From Tolypothrix carrinoi HA7290-LM1 (GTDB taxonomy: Bacteria > Cyanobacteriota > Cyanobacteriia > Cyanobacteriales > Nostocaceae): a stretch of DNA of 48,294 bases. A model generated the notes under the pieces. It was not told the origin of the DNA, searched no databases, and was given only the letters and a program-made list of their open reading frames with translations. The DNA is taken from the NCBI GenBank assembly GCA_019358935.1, contig JAHHIK010000066.1:1-48294 (forward strand). Reading direction: 5' to 3'. Of this stretch, positions 20,106 to 30,280 are shown in pieces; position 1 is the stretch's first letter; each line of letters opens with the position of its first letter. Both the position numbers and the translations under genes were made by a program.

Positions 20106-20316
20106 AGATGAGGGGGATGAGGGGGATGAGGGGGATGAGGGGGACAAGGGGGACAAGGGGGACAAGGGGGACAAGGGGGAGTTTGTCTTTTCGTCTTTTC
20201 GTCTTCCTTGTCTCCCCCATCTCCCGTGTCTTCCTTGTCTCCCCCATCTCCCTTGTCCCCCTGTCCCCCCCTCTCCCCATCCCCCCCTCTCCCCCAGTCC
20301 CTAGTCCCTAGTCCCT
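20106..20316. repeat. 9-mer/7-mer tandem repeats (GATGAGGGG, GACAAGGGG and complements) between convergent genes
   Basis: Directly visible; the two halves are roughly complementary. Confidence 0.85.
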
Positions 20317-21071
20317 CTTTCTATAGAATCTGACAAATTCTTCGCTAAATTCATAAAATCTGAAGGCATCATTACCAAGGTGGTTGTGTTGTTTTCTGCA
20401 CCTATTTCTGTTAGCATTTGCAGTCTTCGTAATTCTAAAGCTGCGGGATTTTGCATAATCGCTTTTGAAGCTTCAGATAACTTAATTGAGGCTTCTTGTT
20501 CTGCGGCAGCTTTAATTATGCGAGCGCGTTTTTCGCGAATTGCTTCGGCTTCCTTTGCCATTGCGCGTTGCATTGCTGGGGGAATTTCTACATCTTTCAT
20601 TTCTACACGTTCAATGACGATTCCCCACGGTTCAGTAATTTCGTCAACGATTTCTTGTACTTTGGTGTTAATTTTGTCGCGATTTTGTAAAACATCATCT
20701 AAGATATTTTGACCAACAACGTTGCGTAAAGTAGTAAGAGCAGTTTGATAAACAGCAAACTCGTAATTTTCTACTTTATTAATCGCTTTGGATGGGTCAA
20801 GAATTCGGTAATAAAGAACCGCATTTACTTTAATTGTGACGCTATCTGCCGTTACAGTTTCTTGAGGTTCAATATTTACGGTTTTAGTGCGAATATCAAT
20901 TTGGGCTTTTTGGTCAATGACTGGTAAAATCCAATATAATCCGGGTCCACGAACTCCGTTTATTCTTCCCAGGCGAAAAATAACACCGCGTTGATATTCT
21001 CGGTCTAGCTTGAATCCGGCTGCGGCAAGAAATATTAAAAAAGCAAAAAATGTACCTGTAAGTGGTCCCAT
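20301..21071 (-). CDS. Slipin / stomatin-like SPFH protein
   Basis: EYQRGVIFRLG, TADSVTIKVNAV, MAKEAEAIREKRA. Confidence 0.92.
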   Translation of the reverse strand: MGPLTGTFFAFLIFLAAAGFKLDREYQRGVIFRLGRINGVRGPGLYWILPVIDQKAQIDIRTKTVNIEPQETVTADSVTIKVNAVLYYRILDPSKAINKVENYEFAVYQTALTTLRNVVGQNILDDVLQNRDKINTKVQEIVDEITEPWGIVIERVEMKDVEIPPAMQRAMAKEAEAIREKRARIIKAAAEQEASIKLSEASKAIMQNPAALELRRLQMLTEIGAENNTTTLVMMPSDFMNLAKNLSDSIERGTRD

Positions 21072-21124
21072 TTTGTCACCAAACTAATATCTAAATAGCT
21101 CTATTCTATACCTTTGATAGATGT

Positions 21125-21305
21125 GGGGAGTAGGGAATAGGGCATGGGGCATTGGGCATGGGGAATAGGGCATGGGGCATTGGGCATAGGGCATTGGGAA
21201 AAAGAATTATTTTTTTTAACGCTTTACCCTTTACCTCTTCTTCTAGCCCAATGCCCCATGCCCTATGCCCAATTCGCAATGCCCAATTCGCAATGCCCAA
21301 TGCCC
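21125..21305. repeat. STRR heptamer array with the same core as 12689-12770
   Basis: GGGCATG/GGGCATT … CCCAATG repeats. Confidence 0.85.
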
Positions 21306-21542
21306 GACGCACTTCGCACTTCGTAACCAAAACCTTAAGGCTAAATTAAATCTCCCCTAAATAGCTAGAGAAATTAAGCAAAATATTCATCCTGTATCGC
21401 TGATAGCTGAATAAATCCGATTAATATAACATAGAAGTTACCCAGACAAAAGAAAAGTCTAAAAAAATTAAGAATTGGTGATTCTATCCACTAGTAGTGC
21501 TAAAGTTTCAAGAAATTCATCTGAAATTTTCAGCGGGTATCA

Positions 21543-23759
21543 ATGCTGAAGAAGTTACAGAAAAGACAACTTTCTTTAATTGCGGGTGCAGGACTGTGTG
21601 CCTTTTTGGCTGGCGCTATGGTTAGTGCTCCGGAGATCGGAAAATCTGTGGGACAATGGATAAAACTGTCCAAAAGTCCACCGGAACAGATATCTGAAGC
21701 TAGCAAAGCTAAATCAGTGGTGCTACCGCTGGTGTCACAATTGCCACAAGAACGAGCCGGAAAACTAGAGGCGATCGCCAAAGACTCAAATTCGCCGGAT
21801 AGAAATCGCGCTCGTTATCTTTTGGCAAGTGATTTGATTGAAAGCAAAGACGCGAAAAAAGCGCTATCGTTACTCGAAGGACTGGAAAATGATTATCCAC
21901 AACTAGCACCCTATGTTTTGCTCAAACAAGCACAGGCACAGGATTTATTAGGTAAAGACGGTAATGCCTCAGATATAAGAAGAAAAGTGCTGAAGCAGTA
22001 TCCCAAACAAGCAGCTTCAGTCAAAGCTTTGTATCTGATTGGTCAACCGGACACTCAAGAAGCAGCGATCGCTCAATTTCCTTCCCATCCCTTAACCTGG
22101 GAAATCATTCGCAAGCGGTTAGATGAAAATCCCAATCAGCCCAAATTACAATTAATTCTGGCAAAATATACTTTTGACCAACCAGGAATAATTAGCGTGT
22201 TGGATCAGTTAGTTAGTAACTCTAAAGATCCGACACAAGTACAAGCCCAAACTTCCCTCAAACCAGAAGAGTGGGAAATAATCGGTACAGCTTACTGGGA
22301 AAACAACGAATTTACCAAAGCAGCGGCAGCTTATGCTAAAGCAGCTAAAACACCCCGCAACCTCTACCGTACTGCGCGGGGATTGCAAGTACGCGGACAA
22401 AAAGAGCAAGCGCAAGCTATTTACCAGCAACTGATACAGCAATTTCCCGAAGCGACAGAAACCGGTACTGCTTTGATGCGTCAAGTAGAAATGGTACAAT
22501 CATCTAAAGATGCTTTACCATATCTTGACAGAGTAATTGCCAAATTTCCCACATTAGCTGGTGCTGCACTGATAGAAAAAGCGAAAATTCTCGACAACAG
22601 CGATAAAAAAGCAGCAGAGGCAGCGCGGCAATTACTGATAACTAAGTATGCCAATTCCGAAGAAGCCGCAGAATATCGTTGGAAAATGGCTCTAGATAAA
22701 GCCAAAGCAAAAGATTATAAAGCTGCATGGCAATGGGCAGAACCAATTACTACCAGCAACCCAGATAGCATTTTGGCACCAAGAGCAGGCTTTTGGGTAG
22801 GTAAATGGGCTACTTTACTAGGGAAACAGCAAGAAGCCAAAGCCGCGTATGAGTATGCGATCGCTCAATATCCTTACTCTTATTATGCATGGCGATCGGC
22901 AGCAATTTTGGGGCTAAATGTCGGCAACTTTAACAATCTTCGCTCCTTAAACCCGGAAGTAGTTTCACCCCAGCGTCCAGTACCTCCCGCAGGTTCGGAA
23001 ACCTTCAAAGAATTATATCTGTTAGGTCAAGACCGTGATGCCTGGTTGCAATGGCAAACAGAATTTGTGAACAAAATGCAACCAACCGTAGCAGAACAAT
23101 TTACAGAAGGTTTAATGCGGCTAGCACAAGGAGATAATAAAGTAGGAATTGATAAAATTTCTAAATTAGAAGACCGAGAAACACCAGAAGAAAAAGCTCA
23201 ATATCAAGCTCTCAAACAACAGATTACCTACTGGCAAGCGCGTTATCCCTTTCCCTATCTCAACGAGGTTGAGAAGTGGTCGCAACAGCAGAAAATAAAT
23301 CCTTTGCTGGTGACTGCTGTGATGCGTCAAGAGTCTCAATTTCAACCAAAAGTTAAATCTACTGCTGGTGCTACTGGGTTGATGCAAGTTTTACCAAGTA
23401 CAGCCAAATGGATTGCACCACAAATCAAGATGGATAGTCAAAAAATTGATTTGGAAAATCCTAGTGACAACATTATGTATGGTACTTGGTATTTGAATCA
23501 TACGCATGAGCAATATCAAGATAACTCACTGTTAGCGATCGCTTCTTACAATGCAGGTCCGGGTAACGTCAGCAAATGGCTGCAAACTTTAGCAAAAGAC
23601 GATCCAGATGAATTTGTCGAAGCAATTCCCTTTGACGAAACTAAAAATTACGTGCGTCAAGTGTTTGGTAACTACTGGAATTATCTGAGACTTTACAACC
23701 CCGAAGTTTCTGCCACTGTTAGAAAATACTCAGCCGTACACCCGGAATTACCGAAGTAG
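21543..23759 (+). CDS. slt: Soluble lytic transglycosylase (TPR + SLT domain)
   Basis: MRQES, GATGLMQV, ASYNAGPG, ETKNYV. Confidence 0.92.
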   Translation: MLKKLQKRQLSLIAGAGLCAFLAGAMVSAPEIGKSVGQWIKLSKSPPEQISEASKAKSVVLPLVSQLPQERAGKLEAIAKDSNSPDRNRARYLLASDLIESKDAKKALSLLEGLENDYPQLAPYVLLKQAQAQDLLGKDGNASDIRRKVLKQYPKQAASVKALYLIGQPDTQEAAIAQFPSHPLTWEIIRKRLDENPNQPKLQLILAKYTFDQPGIISVLDQLVSNSKDPTQVQAQTSLKPEEWEIIGTAYWENNEFTKAAAAYAKAAKTPRNLYRTARGLQVRGQKEQAQAIYQQLIQQFPEATETGTALMRQVEMVQSSKDALPYLDRVIAKFPTLAGAALIEKAKILDNSDKKAAEAARQLLITKYANSEEAAEYRWKMALDKAKAKDYKAAWQWAEPITTSNPDSILAPRAGFWVGKWATLLGKQQEAKAAYEYAIAQYPYSYYAWRSAAILGLNVGNFNNLRSLNPEVVSPQRPVPPAGSETFKELYLLGQDRDAWLQWQTEFVNKMQPTVAEQFTEGLMRLAQGDNKVGIDKISKLEDRETPEEKAQYQALKQQITYWQARYPFPYLNEVEKWSQQQKINPLLVTAVMRQESQFQPKVKSTAGATGLMQVLPSTAKWIAPQIKMDSQKIDLENPSDNIMYGTWYLNHTHEQYQDNSLLAIASYNAGPGNVSKWLQTLAKDDPDEFVEAIPFDETKNYVRQVFGNYWNYLRLYNPEVSATVRKYSAVHPELPK

Positions 23760-23905
23760 GGGAGTGGGGGAGAGGGGGAGTGGGGGAGTGGGGGAGTGGG
23801 GGAGTGGGGGAGTATTATTCAAAAATTCTCCTTGTCCCCCTTGTGCCCCGTGTGCCCCTTGTCCCCCTTGTCTCCTTGTCCCCAAGTCGTCCCCCTGCCC
23901 CGTTT
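23757..23905. repeat. Short tandem repeats (GGGGAGTG; CTTGTCCCC)
   Basis: Directly visible. Confidence 0.8.
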
Positions 23906-23939
23906 TCCCTTCCTACCCTGCTAAGACTTACGCTACAAC

Positions 23940-24200
23940 TTAGGCAATTGCCAACTCATAATGCAAAACTAAAAGTTCATCTGCTCTCAAGGTAGCCATT
24001 GCATATTCACGTCCTTGAGTGTCAGCAAATTCGACTAAATAATAACATTCTTCTTCTTGCTCATACACTTCTAAAATCGTTCCTACTTGTCCACTTGGTA
24101 AACTTTCAATAGAAGTGGAATCCGATTCCACTAGGGTTAAACGCTCAATTGAAACTGGGTTTAGTAGAGCAACACTAGCCAAAAGTTTAAGTTTTTTCAT
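23940..24200 (-). CDS. DUF4926 domain protein
   Basis: GQVGTILEVY…YLVEFADTQGREYA; likely start MKKLKLL. Confidence 0.8.
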   Translation of the reverse strand: MKKLKLLASVALLNPVSIERLTLVESDSTSIESLPSGQVGTILEVYEQEEECYYLVEFADTQGREYAMATLRADELLVLHYELAIA

Positions 24201-24201
24201 A

Positions 24202-24531
24202 TTATTTAATAAATGCATAAATCAAACGTGGATTGGGATTTTTCGAGGTAATTTCCCAGATTGTACGCAGTTGAACTCCATCTGTATCTGGCACTATCCA
24301 ATCTACCTTAAACTGTTGACCGAATGCTGTAGTGTCTTGCTGGACAACTTTACCTTCAAGCGCTGCTGTTTGCACAAGCTGTTGCAAAATCTCAGCATTT
24401 TCAACTGTGATTCCTAGAACTGAGGCAAAAACTCTAGCTTTGTGCTTCCCACTGGGATGAACTGGGTTCAAGCAATAGCCAATTAGCTTTTGCATTGAGA
24501 TTTCTGCTTGCTCCCCGTTGGGTAATTTCAT
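24202..24531 (-). CDS. DUF6883 domain protein (toxin-like)
   Basis: MKLPN…KLIGYCLNPVHPSGKHKARVF…PRLIYAF. Confidence 0.78.
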   Translation of the reverse strand: MKLPNGEQAEISMQKLIGYCLNPVHPSGKHKARVFASVLGITVENAEILQQLVQTAALEGKVVQQDTTAFGQQFKVDWIVPDTDGVQLRTIWEITSKNPNPRLIYAFIK

Positions 24532-24644
24532 CCTTTGACTATATTCCTTATTCCTTGGGAAAATTACGATTGTATAAAGTCTTATACTGCAAGGATTTCA
24601 GATTATTTTATCACGAAAGCGAAAAGCAGAGCGGTAAGCTGGCT

Positions 24645-24857
24645 TTATCCTTGTTTGCGCTGCTGTTCCAGGTGTTCGCGGTGAATTTCGGGGAAATTCT
24701 CTAAATCTTCTAACGACTTGGGTGCTGGGTAAATTTTAGCGTTGGGGTTTTGGAATTTGTCAATGTAGATTTGAAGCGCTTCTTCATCTTCCCTATGCTC
24801 AAGGATATATTGACGAAACTGGGGACGGGTCATTGTTGTAAAATCAGGCTTGCTCAT
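24645..24857 (-). CDS. DUF6887 family small protein
   Basis: MSKPDFTTMTRPQFRQYILEHREDEEA. Confidence 0.72.
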   Translation of the reverse strand: MSKPDFTTMTRPQFRQYILEHREDEEALQIYIDKFQNPNAKIYPAPKSLEDLENFPEIHREHLEQQRKQG

Positions 24858-25028
24858 AAATACCTCCAATATCCGTTGGTGTTAATGACGATTTCTGTTT
24901 CTTCCCCAGCCAAGATAAATACGTCTTTTGTACGGCTATCTACAGTTACTAAATATATTGGTATATACATTGCCCGTTAATCTGTAGCTGAGAATGAAAC
25001 AAACTTCGATTTGTTCTTGCGTTGGCAT
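24854..25028 (-). pseudogene. DUF6888 family small protein with +1 frameshift
   Basis: MPTQEQIEVCFILSYRLT, then after removing one G (24973-24975) AMYIPIYLVTVDSRTKDVFILAGEETEIVINTNGYWRYL*; ATGA overlap with the next gene. Confidence 0.7.
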
Positions 25029-25165
25029 ATTCTTATTTTTTGAATAAAAACCTACCTAGATACGATCCAGCATTAACGTGAGTTCGACGGGTTGATTTAG
25101 GTACAAAATTACGAAGGCAAAATTCCGATTGTATTAAGTTATTGCTTACGCACTTTTTGACTTTC

Positions 25166-28100
25166 TCACTTACGAGGACACAAAGCGCGATCGCTTTTTG
25201 TCACTTTCGGGTTGGTATTTAAATAATCCTGTAGCAAATAACAACTTTCTGACAGTAAATTTTCTAATTTTGTCGAAGTCAAGTTCTGGAGAATCAAGTT
25301 ACCTTTGTTACTACCACTAGCTAGCAGTCTGCCGGTCGGACTGAAACTAACACTGGTAAACTTATCTTTACGGGCTTTCAAAACGATCGCTAAACTACCA
25401 TTTCGATTCCAAAGTTTGATATTATCATCGCTAGCTGCTGCCAAAGTTTTGCTGTCAGGGCTAAAACTAACGCTTCTGAAAGAATCCCCAGATCCCTCAA
25501 GAGTTCTAATCGGTGTACCATCCAACCGCCACAGCCTCACCGTGTTATCATCACTAGCTGAGGCTAAAAGTTGACCATCGGGGCTAAAAGTCACCCAATT
25601 TACCACGTTTTCATGTCCTTTTAAGGTGTTAACTAAGACACCATCTCGGTTCCACAACTTAACTGTTTTATCATCACTAGCTGATGCTAAAAGTTGACCA
25701 TCGGGGCTAAAACTTACCCAGTTGACTGCGTTGTTATGTTCTTTTAAGGTTTTTAAGAGTTTACCATCCACACCCCAAAGTTTGACGGTTCTATCTTTAC
25801 TAGCTGAAGCGATAATTTTACCATTCGGCGACCAAGCTACGCCTAATACTGCATCGTTATGTTTTTCTAAAGTGTTAATAAGTTTACCGTCTATGCTCCA
25901 TATTTTCACGGTTTGATCTTTGCTGGCAGAAGCGATCGCCTTTCCATCTGGGCTAAAACTTACACCCCAAACTTGATTCTGATGTCCTTTAAAGCTGCGA
26001 ATCAGTGTACCATCTCGCTGCCACAGTTTAACTGTTTTATCGCCACTTGCGCCGACAATGAGACTTCCGTCAGGGCTAAAACTGATACTGTTAATCCAGT
26101 CATTATCCGCGTTGGGGTTTCCTTGTCGCAAATCGTCCCAATTCCACAGCTTGATAGTTTTGTCTCGACTTGCAGAAGCAATAATGCGATCGTCTGGGCT
26201 AAAACTAACGCTATTCACCCAATTACTGTGTCCTCTCAAGGTTCCTAATAGCATCCCATCATAAGTCCAGAGTTTGATCGTTTCGTCGCTACTGGCAGAA
26301 GCGAGAAATTTACTTTTCTGGCTAAAACTGATACCAGTAATTCCCCCACTGTGTCCTGGCAAAGTATTTAGGAGTGTACCTTCGCGACTCCAAAGTTTGA
26401 TGGTTCTGTCTTTGTCCAAACTACCGGAGGCGATTATTTTACCATCCGGCGACCAAGCGAGGCTCTTGACTGCATCGCTGTGTCCTGATAATGTTTTTAT
26501 CAGCTTACCGTCTAAATTCCAGAGTTTGATAGTTTTGTCAGTACTTGCAGAAGCGATTATTTTACCATCTGGCGACCAAGCTACGTCTAAAACTTGTTTT
26601 TCATGCCCTAATAAAGTTGTCAGTAGCTTACCGTTTCGATTCCACAGCTTGATGGTCTTATCGTTACTTGCGGAGGCGATTATTTTACCATCAAGGCTAA
26701 ATGTAGCGCTATTTACCCCAGCTTGATGTCCTGATAAAGCGATCGGTTGTAAGGTGTTTAGATTCCACAGTTTCACTGTTTTATCTTGACTTGCTGAAGC
26801 GATAAGCCCTCCGGGCATGGCTTCGCTTACCGCCTGACCGTCGGGGCTAAAATTAACGCTATTAACTACGTCGGAATGTCCCGACAAAGTTTTAAATATT
26901 CTACCATCTGGATGCCAGAGAATAATCGTTTTATCAGCGCTGGCAGAAGCGATTCTTGTCCCATCAGGGCTAAATGTGACGCTATTTACCCCAGATCGAT
27001 GTTTTTCTAAACGGTTGCGCTCTCCTACCTCAATAACTGCCTGATAAAGCGCTGTTTTTACCTGCTGTCTGGTGTCGGAATCAACCCAAATCGCTTTTTG
27101 CAGTTTTCTCCCTGCTTTTAAACCTTCTTTTAATGCATCAATACCCTTATCGGAAGCAAACAGCGCTTCAGAGGATGCACTGATGGTTTTAATTTCGCTA
27201 TTTCTTGCACTCAAAATTGAGGATGTTAAAACTGCTATTGCTGTGATTGCAACCGCAAGCGCGAATTGCAGAGAAAAATTAACTCTGACTTCACTCAGTT
27301 TTTGTTTTTCTTTACTTTCTGCTAATTGATTTCTTAATTCTTTTTCTTTTAATTCCGCTTGCAACTGCTCAATTTCTACGCGACTCATTTCTTCGCGCTT
27401 GCGTAACTCTTTCAACTCGCTGAGTAAATCTAATCCTTGCTGCAAGTGGCTACCAACCAATTTTGCTTGCTGCTTGTTTTGTCTAAGTTCGCTATTTAGT
27501 CGCTCAATTTCCGCTTGACTTTGTTCTACTTTCGTGCGTAGCTGATTCAATTGAATCTGCAAGCTTGATTCTTGTTGTTGCAAATTGCGAATCAAGTCTA
27601 CTAAATAATCATGAATTAGTTGATAGCGTTCGGGAACATCAGGAAATAACACTACTAATCCGGAACGCACTAAAATTTCTAAGACTAAATCTAATTTTTC
27701 TGTATCTTCTAATTCTTCTAGTTCTATTGCTAATTGTGCGCGACTTTTAAAAGGTCTTTGATTGTTTTCGTCTGTTAATAAATATAAAACCAGTAGTGCC
27801 GCACGTTCATTTTCTTTACCGCAATCTTGGATAAGTTCCTTGATATATCGTTCAATTAAGCGATTTGGTCGATATGGCTGATATCTTTCTAAACTGGTAA
27901 TTCTTTCATCTTGAAGTTGCGCTCCTGCTACCTGCAATTCAATCGGACGAACTTCTCCTAATTCTGCTGACAAATCTTCTATCAATGCATCAATTAAAGC
28001 AGGTTCTAAATAAATGTGCGATCGCTCTGTTAAACGCTGCATGACAATTTTTGCATCGCTGGGAGAAAAATTATTTAATTGATAGCGAATATTTTTATCG

Positions 28101-30280
28101 AGAATGTTCTTGTTAATCGCTTCTAATGCCGATAAATGCTTAAACTCTAATAAACGATGTAAATAATCTTCTCGCAAAGAAAGAATAACTTTGACAAAAG
28201 GGATATTTAAAGCTTGACTAATAAATATATCAAACTCTTGCTTTTTATTTCTATCTGTGTATCCAAAGAAAAATTCTTCAAATTGGTCAAAAATTAAAAC
28301 TGTGATTAAATGGTTGTTAGCATTTTCTTGTAATTGTTGCTGAATTCCGGCAATTGTAATTGGTGCCACAGGAAAAGGTAAAACTTCTGCATCGTCGATG
28401 ACAACTTCTTTTTTAGTTCGTGTTTGCGCCTCTGATATAGATTTTCCTAATTCTCGCACCCAATCGTCGTATAATTGTAAAACCACAGGAACGGCAATTT
28501 GATCGCCGATCGCTCGATTTTGCAATGCAGGTACTAAACCGGCAGTCACGGTAGAACTCTTACCCACACCAGACGGACCGTGAATCACTATCAGCTTTTG
28601 GTCAGCGCGGCTAATTCTGCCAATCAAGTTATTTATATCACCTTCGCGACCAGAAGCGGCAATTTCTAACGCGACGCTGCTACCTCCACCGGGTGATAGC
28701 AAAGCTGGATTTGTCGCTTGTCTTTGCGGTTGTAAACGTCCTGCACCGATAAAAGCGCGAAAACCATATTGCTGTTCGACAGAACGACGTTTTTGACGAA
28801 TAGTAAAAGCTTCTAAATAACGACCTTCTTCAAAATAAAGCGATCGCAAAGACCTTAAAAGGCGAATATAACGATGAGCATCATAACGATGGTCGCTAAA
28901 TTCTAACGCTTCGTCAAGATTCTCACTCGCCATTTTTAACTGTTCTAAAGCGATTTTTTCTTCACCCAAATTTCGCTGTGCTTTCGCTAAAAGCAAGCGA
29001 TAAGTTTGCGCTAACAGTAAAGGAAATATGCCTTGATTAGAGTCGTTATTATCTTTCGATTCGTATAACTTCCACAAACTAACTCGTGCATATTGACTCG
29101 CTTGTGCCCAGCGGAATTCTTGCACGGCAACTTGTGCTAAAAAACCATAATCACAAGCTAATTGTATTTGCGTTCCATAAGTTTGATGCAACTCCAAAGA
29201 CTTTTGAGCGACCATTTGCAATTCTTGCCATTCTTGCAGATGCTGCAAAACTTCCGCCAAATCTCCAATAAATTGCGCTGCTACATCCGGACGTCCACTT
29301 AAAAGCAAAACATTCAAGCATTCTTGAAAGTACAATTTAGCTGAATGCCAATAGCGGTGATTTTCTGAATAATTTCGTTCAGCTAAACGACAACAACACA
29401 ACCCAATATAAAATAATAACACCCCTTGTCGTAGTAGGGGTGAAGCGTGGTTGTTAACGATATCTAACTGCGAGCCAAATGAATCGTGAATTTTGAATTG
29501 ATCGCTTAGTTCTTTATGATTGCCCGATAATTCCTGCCAACACCTTAAACTTTCTTGAAAATGGTCTAAAGCGGAATTTATGCGATCGCTTACATAATCA
29601 TCTAAACCAAAAACAAATTTTAAACTAGCATTTAATTCTGGTTCTAAAGAGATACCATGATTTTGTAACTCTTTAATCGCATACTGAAGTTCATAGCTAT
29701 GTTCCCAAACTTGCTCTACGGTACAATGTTGGTCTGCTTCACGTTCTTGACGTTGTGTAGCACGAGTATTTAAAACTGTAGCGAACAGAGAATCAGTTTC
29801 TTGTTGCAGAAATTGTAGCAACTGAGTTGAGGTCATTTCAAACCTAATTGGTGTCGCTGCCCAACTTGCGAAATCTGGTGCTAAACGTAATAATTTTTGC
29901 TGTACTTCATCATTCACCCAAAACACCATTGGAAATGAATGTCTTTTGCGAAACTCATCGCGGATATGATTGATCGCACGCAGCAAATCATCGAGTCCTT
30001 CTACTGACTCTAAACCGAAAATCATCAATGCTGAAGGCTGTTTTGTCAGTTGTGTATGAAGAGTTGTGTAGAGACTTCTCGCATTATGAGGCAAAACTAG
30101 CTTTTGAATATTATGTGCTTCTTCAAGTCGTTGTAAAATTTGCTGTTGCAAAACTTTATAATTGCAACAAACTACAACCACGGAAAATTGATTGACAGAG
30201 AGAGCGATCGCTCTCCCCAAACTTCTAAATGAACGCTCGTTATCTGTTATGATGCTTGTTTGCGGTTTTCGTTCAACCAT
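25166..30280 (-). CDS. STAND (nSTAND1-like) NTPase with TPR-like region, coiled coil, TM segment and about 14 WD40 repeats
   Basis: GPSGVGKSS Walker A, LIFDQFEEFF Walker B, LSLREDYL; repeated GH…SVSFSPDG…KTVKLW; likely start MVERKPQ. Confidence 0.9.
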   Translation of the reverse strand: MVERKPQTSIITDNERSFRSLGRAIALSVNQFSVVVVCCNYKVLQQQILQRLEEAHNIQKLVLPHNARSLYTTLHTQLTKQPSALMIFGLESVEGLDDLLRAINHIRDEFRKRHSFPMVFWVNDEVQQKLLRLAPDFASWAATPIRFEMTSTQLLQFLQQETDSLFATVLNTRATQRQEREADQHCTVEQVWEHSYELQYAIKELQNHGISLEPELNASLKFVFGLDDYVSDRINSALDHFQESLRCWQELSGNHKELSDQFKIHDSFGSQLDIVNNHASPLLRQGVLLFYIGLCCCRLAERNYSENHRYWHSAKLYFQECLNVLLLSGRPDVAAQFIGDLAEVLQHLQEWQELQMVAQKSLELHQTYGTQIQLACDYGFLAQVAVQEFRWAQASQYARVSLWKLYESKDNNDSNQGIFPLLLAQTYRLLLAKAQRNLGEEKIALEQLKMASENLDEALEFSDHRYDAHRYIRLLRSLRSLYFEEGRYLEAFTIRQKRRSVEQQYGFRAFIGAGRLQPQRQATNPALLSPGGGSSVALEIAASGREGDINNLIGRISRADQKLIVIHGPSGVGKSSTVTAGLVPALQNRAIGDQIAVPVVLQLYDDWVRELGKSISEAQTRTKKEVVIDDAEVLPFPVAPITIAGIQQQLQENANNHLITVLIFDQFEEFFFGYTDRNKKQEFDIFISQALNIPFVKVILSLREDYLHRLLEFKHLSALEAINKNILDKNIRYQLNNFSPSDAKIVMQRLTERSHIYLEPALIDALIEDLSAELGEVRPIELQVAGAQLQDERITSLERYQPYRPNRLIERYIKELIQDCGKENERAALLVLYLLTDENNQRPFKSRAQLAIELEELEDTEKLDLVLEILVRSGLVVLFPDVPERYQLIHDYLVDLIRNLQQQESSLQIQLNQLRTKVEQSQAEIERLNSELRQNKQQAKLVGSHLQQGLDLLSELKELRKREEMSRVEIEQLQAELKEKELRNQLAESKEKQKLSEVRVNFSLQFALAVAITAIAVLTSSILSARNSEIKTISASSEALFASDKGIDALKEGLKAGRKLQKAIWVDSDTRQQVKTALYQAVIEVGERNRLEKHRSGVNSVTFSPDGTRIASASADKTIILWHPDGRIFKTLSGHSDVVNSVNFSPDGQAVSEAMPGGLIASASQDKTVKLWNLNTLQPIALSGHQAGVNSATFSLDGKIIASASNDKTIKLWNRNGKLLTTLLGHEKQVLDVAWSPDGKIIASASTDKTIKLWNLDGKLIKTLSGHSDAVKSLAWSPDGKIIASGSLDKDRTIKLWSREGTLLNTLPGHSGGITGISFSQKSKFLASASSDETIKLWTYDGMLLGTLRGHSNWVNSVSFSPDDRIIASASRDKTIKLWNWDDLRQGNPNADNDWINSISFSPDGSLIVGASGDKTVKLWQRDGTLIRSFKGHQNQVWGVSFSPDGKAIASASKDQTVKIWSIDGKLINTLEKHNDAVLGVAWSPNGKIIASASKDRTVKLWGVDGKLLKTLKEHNNAVNWVSFSPDGQLLASASDDKTVKLWNRDGVLVNTLKGHENVVNWVTFSPDGQLLASASDDNTVRLWRLDGTPIRTLEGSGDSFRSVSFSPDSKTLAAASDDNIKLWNRNGSLAIVLKARKDKFTSVSFSPTGRLLASGSNKGNLILQNLTSTKLENLLSESCYLLQDYLNTNPKVTKSDRALCPRK
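26804..26830. mobile_element. 27-bp small dispersed repeat inserted within a HIP1 site
   Basis: GCGAT[AAGCCCTCCGGGCATGGCTTCGCTTAC]CGC; adds VSEAMPGGL to a WD40 repeat. Confidence 0.85.

Noticed and set aside
20047..20311. ORFs made of RGM/RGT or PLV repeats (similar ones at 21106-21349, 23780, 33453-33738, 45924)
   Set aside because: These are translations of STRR tandem repeats open on both strands, with no evidence of real genes.
25305..27329. Plus-strand ORFs antisense to the WD40 repeats
   Set aside because: Typical shadow ORFs of a repetitive coding region.
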